NCBI GenBank assembly: GCA_976551045.1
Contig: CDPCPM010000054.1
Location: 11,780,001-11,844,000, forward strand
Direction of reading: 5' to 3'
From: Glaucostegus cemiculus
Lineage: Eukaryota
DNA length: 64,000 nucleotides
The notes under the pieces are model-generated. The model had not been told where the DNA came from. It searched no databases and worked only from the letters and a program-made list of their open reading frames with translations. Both the position numbers and the translations under genes were made by a program. Shown one piece after another: positions 39,001 through 53,464 of the stretch (the stretch's first letter is position 1; the number at the start of each line of letters is the position of its first letter).

Positions 39001-39639
39001 GTATTATTAGTGCCCTAAAGAAGTGGTTCCCTCACCTCACCACCTATTTCTGCTGTGGAAATGTGTTACTAACACCACAAGCAGCTGTTTTATGTTGAGT
39101 TAAAATGAACAATGTATATGTAAAAACAGAAAAGGTGCAGCAGATTGTTTGGCACCTGAAAGATGAATGATTAAACTGCTGTAATTCAGGATCACTCTTA
39201 AAACACTAACCCATCTCTTTGTCAGATGCAAATCAGCTTTGGGCATTCTGAGGACTTCACTGTCTCTATTTTGGATTTCCATTTTAATCTCCACCATTTG
39301 AAAAGAAAATAATTATGAGAAGATTATTTAAGAGGCAAATTGAGGAATGTTGCATGTAATGGGAATGTAGTAGTATAGTAACCAGAGATGTGAGTTCAAA
39401 TCCCACCACGACAGGTGGAAAATAAAATTAGTTTGTTGAATAAATCTGGATTTAAAATGTTAGTATACTCTTTGGGGAAAAGATTTGTCGTCCTACCCCA
39501 GTGAACCAACAACATCCAACTGGTTGCTTCTGAGCTCCAAACTAAATAGAGTAGGAATCCTGTACAGCAACGGATTTTACCATGATGCTTGACCAAAAAT
39601 TTGGGATATTACCCATAATTAGGATTTAGAGATGGGGGG

Positions 39640-39950
39640 AGATATAGCATGAAAATGGGCCCTTCAGTCCACTGAATCCATGCCATCATTTACATTAATC
39701 CTACCCTAATCCATTTTATACCCATATTCACATTAACTCGTCCCAGATTCTAGCACTCATCTGTACACTAGGGGCAATTCACTGTGACCAATTAACCTCA
39801 TAATCTGCACACCTTTGGGACGTGGAAGGGAATCCACGCAGTCACAGGGAGAACGTGCAGGCTCCACACAGACAGCACCAGAGGTCAGGATTGAACCCAG
39901 GTCGCTGGACCTATGAGGTGGCAGTCCCACTCGCTGCACCACTGGGCCAC
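39640..39950 (-). mobile_element. V-SINE with CR1-type tail
   Basis: Reverse complement of the 13685-14065 family. Confidence 0.65.
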
Positions 39951-40059
39951 CCCCAGTTAATCTGCCATCCCATCAGTGGCTGGAGTAACCTGTCAGCGTG
40001 AAGTGGGAGTTCACTTTGACGAAGGAGATTTTCATTGCTTAGAAACATTGGTTGATTGA

Positions 40060-40194
<135 letters not shown>

Positions 40195-42050
40195 TAAACC
40201 TTAGCACCGCTACTCAAGGGAAAGGTCAAGAGTATCTCATTTTGTTGTGTTTCTTTTGTTTTCGCTGTTGTTGTTGCTGAAGCACAGGTACAATGCGGCA
40301 TATTTATCCAGGCAAAGCCATGCTGGGGTACTCCACAGAAACATCCACCTTTGCCAGCATGATGATATGGATATAAATGGAGAGTTTCTGTGTTCTCGGA
40401 TACAACCCAGCTACTGCAAAAAAAAGAGACAAGGATTCCCAGACAATAACTGCAAAACCTGAAGAGACAGTTACTTGTATATGTATAAATACTCCTCGCA
40501 TCCTTGTATTTAATTCTGCACGGGCTATGTTTAATTCACAGTCCCTCAGACTTCCACTGGTGTCAGCCTCCTTGTAAATAGCCATGGTAATGTATTGCAT
40601 AAGCTTTTATTTTAATTACAGCTCTCATTTATTTACTAACCCGGGAGGTATGTAGCTTAAGAGACGTGTAACATTGTGGTTTTCAGGGAGCTTCATCCAT
40701 GCAGCAACTTCCACTTGGCTGCATTGGGCCAAGTCACACACATCCAATGCATATCAATCCCACCTTCATTCTCTCTTTGATACCTGTCCTTACCATTCAT
40801 ATTTTGCCAAAGTTGGCAGTGGCAAAGAACTATTCCAGCTGCTAACTCTATGAGCGACAGGATTTGTTTTTAGTTTCTTAATTTATTACAGTAGGCGGCA
40901 CTCACCTTGATTGGGAATCAGTGGAATAATTGGACAATAATCTTTGTTACCACAGACCGGGTGGGAAAGTGCATTGAGGGGGAGTTGCCTCGGGATTGAC
41001 TTGCCTTGAGACTGACTTATAGCCAAGGCACCAGAAGGACAGCTGATCATAGAAACAGACTTTGTTTTGCCAACATACAGGAAAAGTCAACCCAACCAAA
41101 CAGTCACACAAAAACGTCCTAAACCTTTCAAAAGTTCGTTGCTCTCAGGCCCCATCTCTCACTCCCTTGTCCTTGCAAATGCCTGTGCTTGTTGATTTCC
41201 AATCAGAATGTGTCTGTGTTGGGTGCAGTGTTACTTATCAGTGGGTAGCTCAAAAGGTGCTACGCCAGGAAGCCACAGAAAATGGGGGCTCCAGCATTAT
41301 ACTGAGCATCTCAGATCATGTGGGTAGTGTTAGTCAAAACAGCCTCTGGCTCCTCCAGAAATTGTGTTGCATCTACCAATCTTTTCTTAGTTTTCTGGAG
41401 TCTTAATAAGGACAAAGTAGTGTAGTCAGTGAAGTAAGAGAGCAAAAGGTGCTGCTGTGATAGTTGCATGAGATTGTTTTCTGCAGATAACTGGTTAGAA
41501 CATGCAAAAGAATTGTGGTGTTTATTCCTATACTTTTTATCAATTAAAGATTGTTAAGGGCTGACAGTTTTGCTGAAACTTAGCTTCCCTTAACTCCGTG
41601 GTAAAGTAAAACCATTAAACAGATTGATTAATCCTCCATTCAGTATCATACACCACTAAGCCCCGTATGGAAGATATGTGCCAGTATTGAGACTTCATGC
41701 TATGCAGGTTTTTGCCCTTTTATGTGCTTGTGTTACGAATGTAAGTGGGACAATATAAACATGGGTTGAAGCATGATAAAGGAGTAGACTTTGCCTCCCG
41801 GACTCTGACTCAGCTTAAAAATGTTGAATCCCCCTGACACCACCAGAATCTATCCAGATATCAGCGGATGTATTTTGCAGTCAGTTACACATTCTAGGTT
41901 TGCTTTATTCCCATTTGTGTGTGTGTGAGATAGTTTGTTCTATGAAGAAAACAATTCATCAGTAATTCAATGAGCCAACAGTTCTGATGGGTAATTGATA
42001 ATGACAGTATGAGGAGCTAACCTTGAGAATAAAGGGAGGTACTAACCTAT
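40195..42050 (+). other. Probable AKAP2 3' UTR
   Basis: About 1.9 kb with no recognisable TE after the stop; TGTAAATA (Pumilio-type) at 40573; AATAAA at 42028. End uncertain. Confidence 0.45.
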
Positions 42051-45039
42051 CAACATATTTTATATTCTTATAGATATATATGTATGTATTATTGCACATT
42101 GAAATTATGCTGGTGTACCTGTGAGTTCACACAAACAGTGATGTTTCTCTCATTATCCAAACCTGGTTCTGCATTTAAGTTGTATTTTTTCACAGGCCTG
42201 TGCGTGTTGATTTAATTGCTGTTCTACAGGCTGTTGTTTGATACTAGTAATGATTACAGACTGACTGATGATTGACTTCTTGTGCATTACAAACTCCTTG
42301 TGCTGAATGCCCCAAGTGGTCTTTGTGAGATCTAAGTAAGCCATTTGATCACACTCCTGCATTACTGAATTTCTGAAGTATCACTGGGTATTATATTTGG
42401 CTGAATTGTATTTGGAGTTGCCTACCCAGTTTAGCCATAGTTCTGGGAAGTTTCTTCATGCAACTTCCCACTGCCAGTGCCCCACCCCTACTCCCCCATC
42501 ATTGGTCACCCAACATATTCCATGTCCAATTGGATAGCAAAATGCTCTTTGTTACCTGATTGGATCAATCCCCAATCTTAGCTGAACAGCCTTTGCCACC
42601 TATCTCTGATGTACTTATCACAAATGAACACAAAGTGCAAATCAAAATGAAAAAGCCACACAGTTTTCTTGAACTCCCAAATGACTTTGCATGCAAATTA
42701 TTTGTTTTTGTTTAAGAGGTTGAAATGAAGTTGTGTGGGGTGATCAATCTTTTTTGGAGGCAAGGATGATGGGGATTTTAAATGTGCAAGTCGGCTGAAT
42801 ACTTTTTTAATGGCAGCCACTTGCTCTGTTTGGAGATGAAAGCATGAAAATTATCAAGGGCAGCATTAGGAAGTAAAGTCTATTTTGCAATGCAAGAAAT
42901 ATGACAGTTACAAGGCTCAGCAGTTCCTCTATGTAATTTCCCTTCCTCGTCTAGTGAGAGGTTCACTGATCGGAACCACTATGAGTCGGGATTCTACAGA
43001 CGAGGCCCTCAACTCTTCAGGGAAAAGGTCTATCATTTGGAACCCAGATGTGAGAAAGGTTAGCACTGATTATTTTTGCCGTTGGTTGATTGAGTTTTTC
43101 CCTTTCTCTACCAAAATGCAGCAGCAAATTCTGAAAAGTGTTGTTTTTAGAGAAAAAAATAATTAACAAAAATATAAAAAGGAGAATGCTGAGTTTATGA
43201 AAATGTCTTAATCTGCAAAGTCAGTAGAATGGTCAAAGCAAGGACTTTACCCAGAAGGACACATGGCCCTGATGGATAGAAGTACAAGAAATGGAGCATA
43301 TCCCTCAGGTCAGCACTGCAATAAGGGATGCAGAAGCCTAGTGCTGATGCAATCTAGTGCTCTTCACGATGTTTTGTAAGCATGAAATCAAATCCCACTA
43401 CTGCAGCTGAGGAATTTCAGTTCAGTTTATCGACTACAAAATTAGTACCAGTAATAGTGACCATGACATTCCATGTGGGCCACTAATGATGCTTTGGGGA
43501 AAGGGAAATCTGTACCAAATGTGACTGCATACCCAGAATGGTGCACTTGACATGATTACTAATGAACTGGTCAAGGGAACCATTCAGTTCAAAGGCAGTT
43601 AAGAGATGGGCAATAAATACTGGCCTTATCGGATTCCATGAATGCATGAATGTAAAACAAAGCTAACAACAATAGCGTCTGTGCAAGTTGCTCCTGGTAC
43701 TGCAAGTCATTATGATGACCATACCCTTTATGTAGCGAGGCAAACTCTGATAATTCTGTTCAGTTTTCCTAAACATCAAGGGCTGAGATTTCAAGGGCAG
43801 GAAGTTCCAACAGCACGCCTACTCCTTGAGTGCTGCAGCTTGATATTTATGGTACTGCACAGTGCAGATGATGTAATTCTCATTCACTCCAAATTGAACT
43901 TGTGTCCCTATGAAAGTGGGAGAACACAGTACAATGTGCTCAGTGACATTTTTGCATGGCTGTGTCCTATTTTAATGCAGTGTCTCCATTGCACAGAAGA
44001 ACTGCTCCAGTTTGTAACAAGAAAGAAAGACGGGGATTATTTTCAATTCATTGAGGGGGGAGGGTTGTGTTGGGTTCCTTGGCTTTGAGTAAACATGCTG
44101 GTAAGTCTAGCTCTCAGAAAGGATCAATCATGCTATCTTTCCTTTTCATTAAAATATATAAATACTTCCAAATCACAGCACAGCATTTACTGCCTCCCAG
44201 CTCCAAGGACACAAGTTCAAGCCTGACCCCTGGTGCCACCTGCATTGAGTTTGTATGTTTGCATGTTTGTATGTGAGCAGTTTCTGCTGAGTGCTCTACT
44301 TTTCTCCCACATCCCAAAGACATGCTGTAGGTTAACTGGTTACTCCAAATTACACCTTAGTGTAGGTGGTTGGCAAAAAAATCAAATGGGATTTGATGGA
44401 TGTTTGAGAGAGAATAAGTTGCAGGGAAATAAGGAAAGTGAATGGGAATGATAGGTTGGCACTGCTGGGAACCAACAGTCTGATGGACCAAATGGCCTCC
44501 TATATCATAATAAGTAAGAAAATTAAATTGAGTAATCGGCACAGAAACAGGTCACTCAGTCCAAGTTTGCCAGTGTTTATTCTTGGGGGAGAGGGAGGGG
44601 GTGATTCTACATGTTGATGTGGCTGCTGCTAACTTTTCTGAGAAGTATTTCCTCCCAAAATTCAGCCCCATCATTCAAGGGAAAGGACTGCAAATTAAAT
44701 CAAACTCCCTAACTCTTGTTTAGGGGAATAATTCACCGGAGGAACAGAAGAATCAAGATTCTACCTGAGCATCCACTCCACTGTCAGCAGAAGTGAAAAG
44801 TAGTGTGTGTTTGTCTGCTCAAGAGGCATACCTCTGCTATCCTTTGAATTATGTAGAATTTACCACACAGAAACAGGCCATTTAGCTCGACTAGTCCACG
44901 GAGGCTGTGCTCCACAAAAAGCCTCCTCCCACCCTACTTCATCTCACCTTATCACCATAACCTTTCTCTCTTTAAGCACACTTAGGCCAATTACCTCAAC
45001 TTCAGTGTGGCAGTATGTCCCGTCTTTAACAGCATATCC

Positions 45040-47210
45040 TTTTCATTCCTTCCTCCGTAAAATATTACTCTATCCTATCAAATTTATTGCATTTTCACTC
45101 CAAATCAGACAAACAGACGCACACTTTTGGTGCAATTCATTTCCCATTTACAAAGCTTGTACTACAGCAGGAGGGAATTAGGGTACAGGATAATTGATAA
45201 GGTAGGGTATTGATCCTAATATGTTTGTTAACCTGAGGACAGTGCTGGTAAAGAGTGGTGACATAGTGGTGACATATCTACAGTGACATAGTATCTACAG
45301 TGACAATCAACAAAACCTGCAGATGCTGGAAATCTAAAGTAAAAATAGAAAATATTGGAAATGGTCAGGCCACTTCTGAGGGAAGAGAAACTGCTAACAT
45401 TTCAGGTAGACGACCTTCTTCAGAACTGGGAAGGAGAGCAAAGAAGCTAGATAAACTGCAGGGAGGTGGGGCTGTCCTATAATAGGATAAAACTGAGGTG
45501 ACCATGGGGATAAGTTGTAAATAAGGTTATCTGGTCAATGAGTGAATGGGAGCAGTCAGAGGGTGAGAACATAGACAAAGAATGTAGGAGTTGTGAAGTC
45601 ACAAGATCACAAGACAAGGGAACAGAAGTAGGCCACTCTGCCCGTCAAGTCTGCTCCAAGAGCAGGGGGATGTGTCCAGCAAGTCAGGCTTCCATATTCA
45701 ACTTGAAATATTAATTCTGTTTCCCTTCCCACAGATGCAGCCTGATGTGTATTTCCAACAATTTGAGTCTCTATAATATATACAATATTTTGTAACAGAG
45801 ATGTGAATGCATATAGGCCATGTAATAGCTCAATTTGCTGTATTATTCTGCATAAGTGATAAAATAGAGTATATTGGGCAAGTTATATTATAACACTACC
45901 ATTTATTGATATGCATGACATGAGGTTTGGGTATATGTCCTAGCAGAAGTGTATTACTGAAGAATATAAGTGCTGCACAATGTGAAGTGTTTGCTAAAAA
46001 CATGACCTGTTAGGATATAGAATGCATTAATATGCAGGGTATACGTGATAATGTAGAGTACATATACCATAACTTTATACCCTAATTATTGTCATATGTA
46101 GTAATGTAGTGTTTTTTGCAATAGTGTAGGGTACATGCTACTAATTAATGGTAAATCTGATTATGTAGGATATGTGTGATCACTTCAGTCCATGATAAAT
46201 AGGGCATATGTGATGAAGCAGGGTGTGTTATCAAATGTGATATTGGCCACTAAAACAAAAGCAATCTTCAGTCAGTCAGTCAAACTGGTGGGAGCTCCTG
46301 TTTGACCCAAAATGCACAACGTATTCCCATTGACTCTTTAACATAACTGGTGCAGCAGACTGGTTGGAACAGTGCAGATTTTTGTTTCTGTTGGTAATGC
46401 CAAAGTATTGAAACTTTAATTTCTAGATCTGTTGTTATGAACTTTTATTATGTAGCTACTCAAACAATGCCTAAACTTTATGGAATTATAAATATATTTT
46501 AAAGTGAATATTGGCTGGGTATTTTTATAAGGAGAACTCCAATGGAGTATCAAAGATGTATATCACTATGCAGGACAATGTTGCAATAAAATCTGGCTTT
46601 GCTTAATCTTGCCCTTGTGATTATTGAGTATGATACGTGAATTCATATTATGTGAGTAAAATTGTGACAATTTATGTGCTTGTTTCCTTTATGAGGAAGT
46701 GGGACACACAATTGGTGGACCTGGGTCTGGATTTTGACCATTTGTTTTACACATGCAAATGCTTCCTTTTTCTGCATACTACAACTCTAGCTCATCAGCC
46801 ATAGTGCACTTTCGCTGAACCCGAGATATAGATGTTGCACATTTTTGGTGCAATTCATTTCCCGCCAACAATACTTGCACTGCATCAGGAGGGAATTAGG
46901 ATCCAGGGAAAGTGATAAGGTTATCAATCCTAACTGTGTTAACCTGGGGACAAGGATGGTAAAGGATGAGTAGTGTAATATATACTGTACAATATTTAGT
47001 GACAAGGATATGAACTGATGGAGATAGTGCAATAGCTCATTTTGCAGTATTATGCTGCATACATGGTAAAGTAGGGTACATTGGGCAAGTTATATTACAA
47101 CAATAAAATTTATACACATGCACAGCAATAAATATGCCATGAGGTTTGGGTATATGGTCAAACAGGAGTGTTTTACTGAGAATACAAGTGCTACAAATTG
47201 GGATGTAGTT
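45040..47210 (+). repeat. Old local direct duplication (copy A about 45040-45990, interrupted by an insertion at about 45300-45770; copy B about 46760-47210)
   Basis: Shared blocks ttttggtgcaattcatttccc, caggagggaattagg, tgttaacctg, attgggcaagttatatta, catgaggtttgggtatatg in the same order. Confidence 0.8.
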
Positions 47211-48210
47211 AAGCAACTGACACTCTGGAGGACTAATTTCATGTTTTCCTTTTCAGAATCAGAATCCGTTTTATTGTCACAACCATATACACACACATTA
47301 TGCATAGGAACGAGATACTGTCCTCCACAGGTGCATGTCACATTAACTATTAGACACACAGACACACACTGAAAAAGAACATTAAAACCACAAAAATTAA
47401 GTTAAATTCTGCAGCTTAAATAAATAGTTTTAAAATGACCAAACTGGCGGCGGACATTTAAAGTGCTGGTGCGTTTCTGAGCGCCTAGCATCGTTTAGTG
47501 TTGGCAGGATAGATGGAGGAATGAGAGAGTGGCCATGACCCGAACCAACCTTTAGATTAAAACAGTGGTTGGTGCTCTCTCAAGCTATGTACATGAGAAT
47601 TTTACACATGCAATATCAAATGGGTGTTGTGTACAATTTGACATCACTGAGTGAACAAAAGTGCTGCAACTATTTTGGCCAAGTCTTCTGCTCTGACCTG
47701 AAAATGGTCCCCCAAACAGGTTTAAGTGCTCCTAGATTAGACTGGCTGATTCACCTTTTATGTCCATCCAGCAGCCTTTGATCTACAGTCCAGTGCAAGT
47801 GCTTACTGTCCGATGGATGTTATGTACTCCAGTCTCTTTCCACTTACTTTTTCCCTTTGTTCATTATATTGTTCCTTTTGTGGCATTTAAATGAAGCTGC
47901 ATCCTCTGTCTTCACATCTACCTGTGGCAACTATTCCATGTTCTGATAATTCAGTATCAAAACATTTCCATTGCCCCATTTAATGTTCTAGTGATAGCCT
48001 AGGGTTAATGACCCCTTGTTACTCACTCATCCATCAGTGAAAGCAATTTTTCTGTTTACCTCACCAAAATACTTTATAATCTTGAAAATCAAAATGCTCC
48101 TAATACAATTTATCACTAAATATCAAAAAGACTACTATAGGTTTTGAGAATTTCTCATGCAGCTTCATTTTTATTACATAGAATTACTTGGAGAAATTGC
48201 CAAGAACTTA

Positions 48211-48460
48211 GGGCGGCACGATAGCGTAGCGGTTACCGCGACGCTGTTACAGCGCCAGCGATCGGGGTTCGATTCCCGTCGCTGTCTGTAAGGAATTTGT
48301 ACGTTCTCCTGTGTCTGTGTGGGTTTCCTCCGGATGCTCCGGTTTCCTCCCACATTCCGAAAGACGTATGGGTAGGTTAATTTGGGGGTTAAAAATGGGC
48401 GGCGTGGACTCGGAGGGCCGAAAGGGCCTGTTACCTCGCTGTAAATAAAAAAAAAATAAA
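48211..48460 (+). mobile_element. Young HE1-like V-SINE
   Basis: gggcggcacgatagcgtagcggtta head, B box ggttcgattcc, V core, CR1-type tail, A-rich end, possible TSD aactta. Confidence 0.9.
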
Positions 48461-48617
48461 ACTTAAGAACATAAAAAAAAGCGCAGGAGTTGGCACTGCC
48501 AGCTCCTAAGCCTGCTGTATCATTCAGTCAGATCAAAGCTGTTCCTGTACCTCCAAGTCCACACACCTTCCCAATCCCCACATCTTCTGCTCCCTCAGCT
48601 TCCAAATCTCTCAAGCT

Positions 48618-48802
48618 CAGAGCAACAAACAAGATGCAGGAAGAACTCAGGTCGAGTAGCATCTGTGGGAGAAAAGGAATTGTCACCGATTCAGCGACAC
48701 ATTGACAATTACTTTCCTCCCACAGATGCTGCTCAACCTGCTGAGTTCCTCCAGCAGATGTTTGTTGCTCCAGATTCCAGCATCTGCAGTCTCTTGCGTC
48801 TC
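48618..48802. repeat. Palindromic Penelope-derived short element
   Basis: gagcaacaaac..gaactcag..agcatctgtgg paired with ccacagatgct..ctgagttcc..tttgttgctc. Confidence 0.65.
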
Positions 48803-49542
48803 AATCTTAGACTTAATACCAAAGATTCACAACCCTGTGTGTAAAAAAACCTCACTCCTCAACTCACGCCTAAACGGTCAACCCCTTAAGATGATGCTCC
48901 TTGGCTCTAGACTCTAAAGCTCAAGGAAAAACTTCTCAGCACCCATCCTCTCTATCCCACTCAGAAATCTACATGTCTCAATGTGAACACATTTTATTCT
49001 TCAGTCAGTTTAGGTCACTCTCATCTCACCACATCCTAGCAAGCAATCTTCCCTGCATTGACACCTCCTTTGGGTGTGGAAATGAGAACTCTGCAGAGTG
49101 CTCTAATTGAGGTGTCACCAAGGTTGCATAAAACTCAGCAAGTCCGTGGGTCCCAACTAATCTTGATGGCTGGTAGTACTCATTTGGTTGTAGGTTTCAA
49201 TAGAAGTAACACTGGAATACATCATTCAGCCAAGCAGGTCTATGCTACACATAAACCTACTTCTACTCCATTGCATCTCCCTTTATCACCATAATCTATT
49301 CCTAACTCCTTCAATTACTTTAACTTAAATGCATCAATTCTATTACCTTCACATTGTCACCAATTTCATTAAAGTCAGTTTGCCTGAATTAACTACTAAA
49401 TTTATTGGTGACTAATTTTTATTTATGGTCTTAAATTTGGATTTCCCCAAGAAATAGGAACTCAGTTTGAGTCTTAATTGTTAAGTGCATAATAGTCGAT
49501 GTATATTGTTACCCCATTTCTAAAATGCATTACCAAGCATTT

Positions 49543-49786
49543 GGGCGGCACGATAGTGTAGCGGTTAGCGCGACGCTGTTACAGCGCCAGCGATCGGGGT
49601 TCGATTCCTGTCGCTGACTGTAAGGAGTTTGTACGTTCTCTCCTGTCTGCGTGGGTTTCCTCCGGGTGCTCCGGTTTCCTCCCACATTCTAAAAGACGTA
49701 CGGGTAGGTTAATTTGGGGGTTTAAAATGGGCGGGCCAGACTTGTTGGGCCGAAAGGGCCTGTTACTATGCCGTAAATAAAAAAAA
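49543..49786 (+). mobile_element. Young HE1-like V-SINE
   Basis: Near-identical to 48211-48460. Confidence 0.9.
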
Positions 49787-52212
49787 GCACAATGCACGGA
49801 TGTAGCAATGGTTATACACTTAGCACTGGCAACCACAATCAAATTCTTAACCAAGTAGATATCAGCTAAACCTGTCCTTGCCTGAAAGCCATAATCATGC
49901 ACTTCAATGTTCAATGATGAAGAATGAGAGGACAGGCTCTGTCCCCTTACTTCACTAGACTCATTACCTGCATCACTGCTATTCACAACCAATACAGGAC
50001 AACGGATTGCAGATGTCAACTGGAATCAACATCCTTAAGAAAGCAGGTGTAGCACCTTAGCACATGGGGCATTTACACTTAGAGAGATCCATCTTTGTTC
50101 TGCATTGAACTGCCCCTGCTTCCTCTTCCTAACAGTTCCTTCATGCTCAGACTCAAACACATCAAGTTCAACAATCACTACATCTGGTCTCAGGAATGTC
50201 CACACCCCTGGAAGATGTGTGGCAGTGGTAATTGATGATCTTCTCGACAGTCTGAATAAGCCACCATGTAACCATGGAAATGATAGAAAATTGTAACAGA
50301 GGAAGGAAGGATTTAGCTCATCATCTCCAAAGAATCCATTTATGTTAATTCCCATTTCCCACCTCTTGGTCAGCGGCTGTGTAGGTTAAGCTCTTTAAGT
50401 GCTTATTCAATGTATTTTAATTGTGATGAGGGGATTCTGTCTCCACCTCCCTTTCAGGCTGCACCTACCATTCCCCAGGTGAATATTGCTCCCATCTCCC
50501 CTCTAAACCTTCTCCTAATTAACTTAAATCCAGGCCCCCAGCTTACTGGCTTCTCTACAAAAAAAATAACTCCTTTCTGTTTACCTTGCTTAGGTCTCCC
50601 ATAATGTTATGCCCCTCAATTATGCCTCTCCTTCCTTCATTCCAAAATAAAGCGAACCCAGCCTTGTTGGTCTCGTAATTAAAATTCTTCAGCCCTAGAA
50701 GGCCCTCAGGGAAAGAGGCCCACTAAATGTAAACTGTTGTACACTGCTATCTATTTTAGTTTGAAAGCAGGAAGAGCTTGGCTCTCGCTATGAGCAGGAT
50801 CACCCCTGCATCCACAACTGAAAATTCAATCTAAATAGTGCCTTTCATGTGGTTAAAAAAATCTCCATTTCACATGAGTGTTATCAAACAAAAAAAATGT
50901 TATGCTTTATAAAGTGGTAAGAGATCAGGTGACAGGGTCTTAAGAAACATTTCAATCAGGGAAAGGTCGGGAAATGGCAAAGCTAAGGGATGGAATTCTT
51001 AACCTTGGGGAGTCAGCAATTGAAAGCACAGCCACCAATAGTGAAGTAACTAACTTTTTGAGTGTTGAATGTGGCCATAATTAGAGAAGCACAGATTCTG
51101 TTGTAGAGTCACAGAGCCAGAGGAGTTATAAAGACTGGGAGGGGTCAATACCGATGGACAGGTTTGATGACCTTAAGATCACAGAGAATAGGACGAGGGA
51201 GACCAGTCAGGATGGAACTGGAGTAGTCAAGTTGACAATAACCAAGACATGGAAGAGGGATACGCATTGTCAATCTCTATCTCTCCCTCTAATTTTACAG
51301 CCCAAACCTTTTCCTCCATTGCAGGTCCATTCTATTTCTAAAAAAAAAGGGAACTGGCATTCCAGTTACATTGTAATAACCCAAAAAACACCAGAGGAAT
51401 GGTTTTAAATTATCAATGCACATGCCTGTACTTGTGACCATTAACAGCAGGCAGAGGTAGTGTGAATAAACTTGGGTCATTCAAAAATAGTATCAATATC
51501 TGTCTCCAAATGCCATGGACATATTCCAGAATAATTCCTCCACCTCCACCTCTGTCCTTCCTTCACAGAAGTTAATAGTATTGTAACATTCAACAATGAA
51601 CTTCCAAAGAGGAATCAGATTAACTGATTGAAGGAAAAATAAAATGTAAAGTTCTGGGAAAAGTGCCCAGGGGTGGGATTGACTGGGTGTACCCCTCAGA
51701 AAAGATAGCACATGCTTGATGGATCAAATGCCTTGCTTCTGCACTGTGCAGTTCTATGACTTATTTTTGGTTAGTGATACATATAAAATTGCTTATTCCT
51801 GTGCCAACTTTAAGCCGCATGCTACAGTTCATCATGATGCACCTTGGTAATTTGCTGTTCACAGCACACCAGTGTCCCTGAGTGGGTGAACACCTGTTGT
51901 TTTGCTTAGGCATCATTTCCATTTGCTGAACTGGAACTATATGAATATTGCTCAAATATCTCAGCCTCTCAGCTCAAAAATAAATGGACAAATAAACAGT
52001 AAAGTCAAGAATCAGTTTTTCAGTTTTGGTGCTTACTAAATAAAAAAAAGGGAAAAAAGTAAAGGAGAAAACCTAAATTAATTAATGAGGAACTAGTTAC
52101 CTTGTGAGTTTAAGGTCAAGCTAGTACTTATCATAATAAGGAATTAACTGTTCTGTTTTGCAAGGGCTGCTTAACTGAATTAGTTATGCCACTTCCTCAT
52201 GTTAGTATATAA

Positions 52213-53322
52213 GTGCTCTTTCTGGACTTCAGCTCAGCATTCAACACGGTAATCCCCAGCAAGCTTGTTTCCAAACTTCACAGTCTTGGCCTCAATGCCT
52301 CAATTTGCAACTGGACCATGGACTTTCTCACCAACAGACCACAGATGGTGAGGTTAGGTGGACATACATCCTCAACCATCACCCTGAACACAGGAGTGCC
52401 ACAGGGTTGTGTGTTAAGTCCCCTCCTGTACACGTTCTTCACCTACGACTGTTCACCCAAACATGGTACAAATACCATAATTAAATTCGCAGATGACACA
52501 ACAGTCATCGGCTTAACCTCCGACGGTGATGAGTCTGCGTACAGGGATGAGGTGGACAACCTAACAGCCTGGTATTCTACCAACAATCTTATCCTAAACA
52601 CTAAGAAAACCAAGGAGATTGTGGTAGACTTCAGGAAGACGAGCAGAACAGAACTTGGCCCAGTGCTCATTGATGGCGAGGCAGTAGAGAGTTACAAGCT
52701 TCAAATTCCTGGGGACTCACATCACCGAAGACCTCTCCTGGGGAACTCACTCTACATTAAGCATCAGGAAGGCGCAACAGTGTCTGTACTTCCTACGGCA
52801 GCTGAAGAGTGCAAACTTGTCAACAGGTATCCTGGTCAATTTCTATAGGTGTGCGATAGAGAGCATCCTGACATATGGCATCACTGCCTGGTATGCCAGC
52901 TGTACCAACAAAGAGAGGAAAGGCCTACAGCGGGTGATTGACATGGCACAGAAGATCACAGGGATGCACCTACCCGCATTGGCGGACATTTATGAGTCCC
53001 GGTGTCTGAACAAGGCTATAAACATCATTAAGGACTCTTCCCACCCGGCCCATCACCTCTTCAGTCTGCTCCCCTCAAAGAAACACTTCAGGACATTCCA
53101 CACATCCACAGCTAGATTGAGGAATAGCTTCTTCCCCAATGCCGTGAAAATCTTAAACAAGGACTTTAAATTTCACAGATTGCACTAGTTCTTTCTCGCT
53201 TCTTCTCTCTCTCCCTCTAATACATCAAGTAAACCCTACAGTGTAAACTCTAACTTAAATATTAAATAAATAGAGAATAAATTAAGTACTGTGCCTATTG
53301 CCTGACATGGGAGTGCCAATGA
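52213..53322 (+). mobile_element. 5'-truncated Rex1/Babar-like LINE (RT domain plus 3' UTR)
   Basis: [39 protein letters not shown]; one frameshift near 52690, then [22 protein letters not shown]; tail aataaagcaatcttgaatcttgaa. Confidence 0.92.
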
Positions 53323-53464
53323 AATCTCGTTGTTCTTTTGTCTCAACGGCTCAATGACAATAAAGCAATCTTGAATCTTGAAAAGAGGCAGCATAATTAT
53401 CCTAGAAGCAAACAGCTACCATTTTGCTTTCCCAGATAGCGAGGTGAAGAGAGCCTTCATTAAA

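Noticed and set aside
46753-47000. snRNA-type gene suggested by octamer plus ZNF143-like motifs
   Set aside because: No recognisable PSE, snRNA body or Sm site nearby
48211-48285. tRNA-like sequences at SINE heads
   Set aside because: They continue into the V-SINE core and tail, so they are SINE heads rather than tRNA genes
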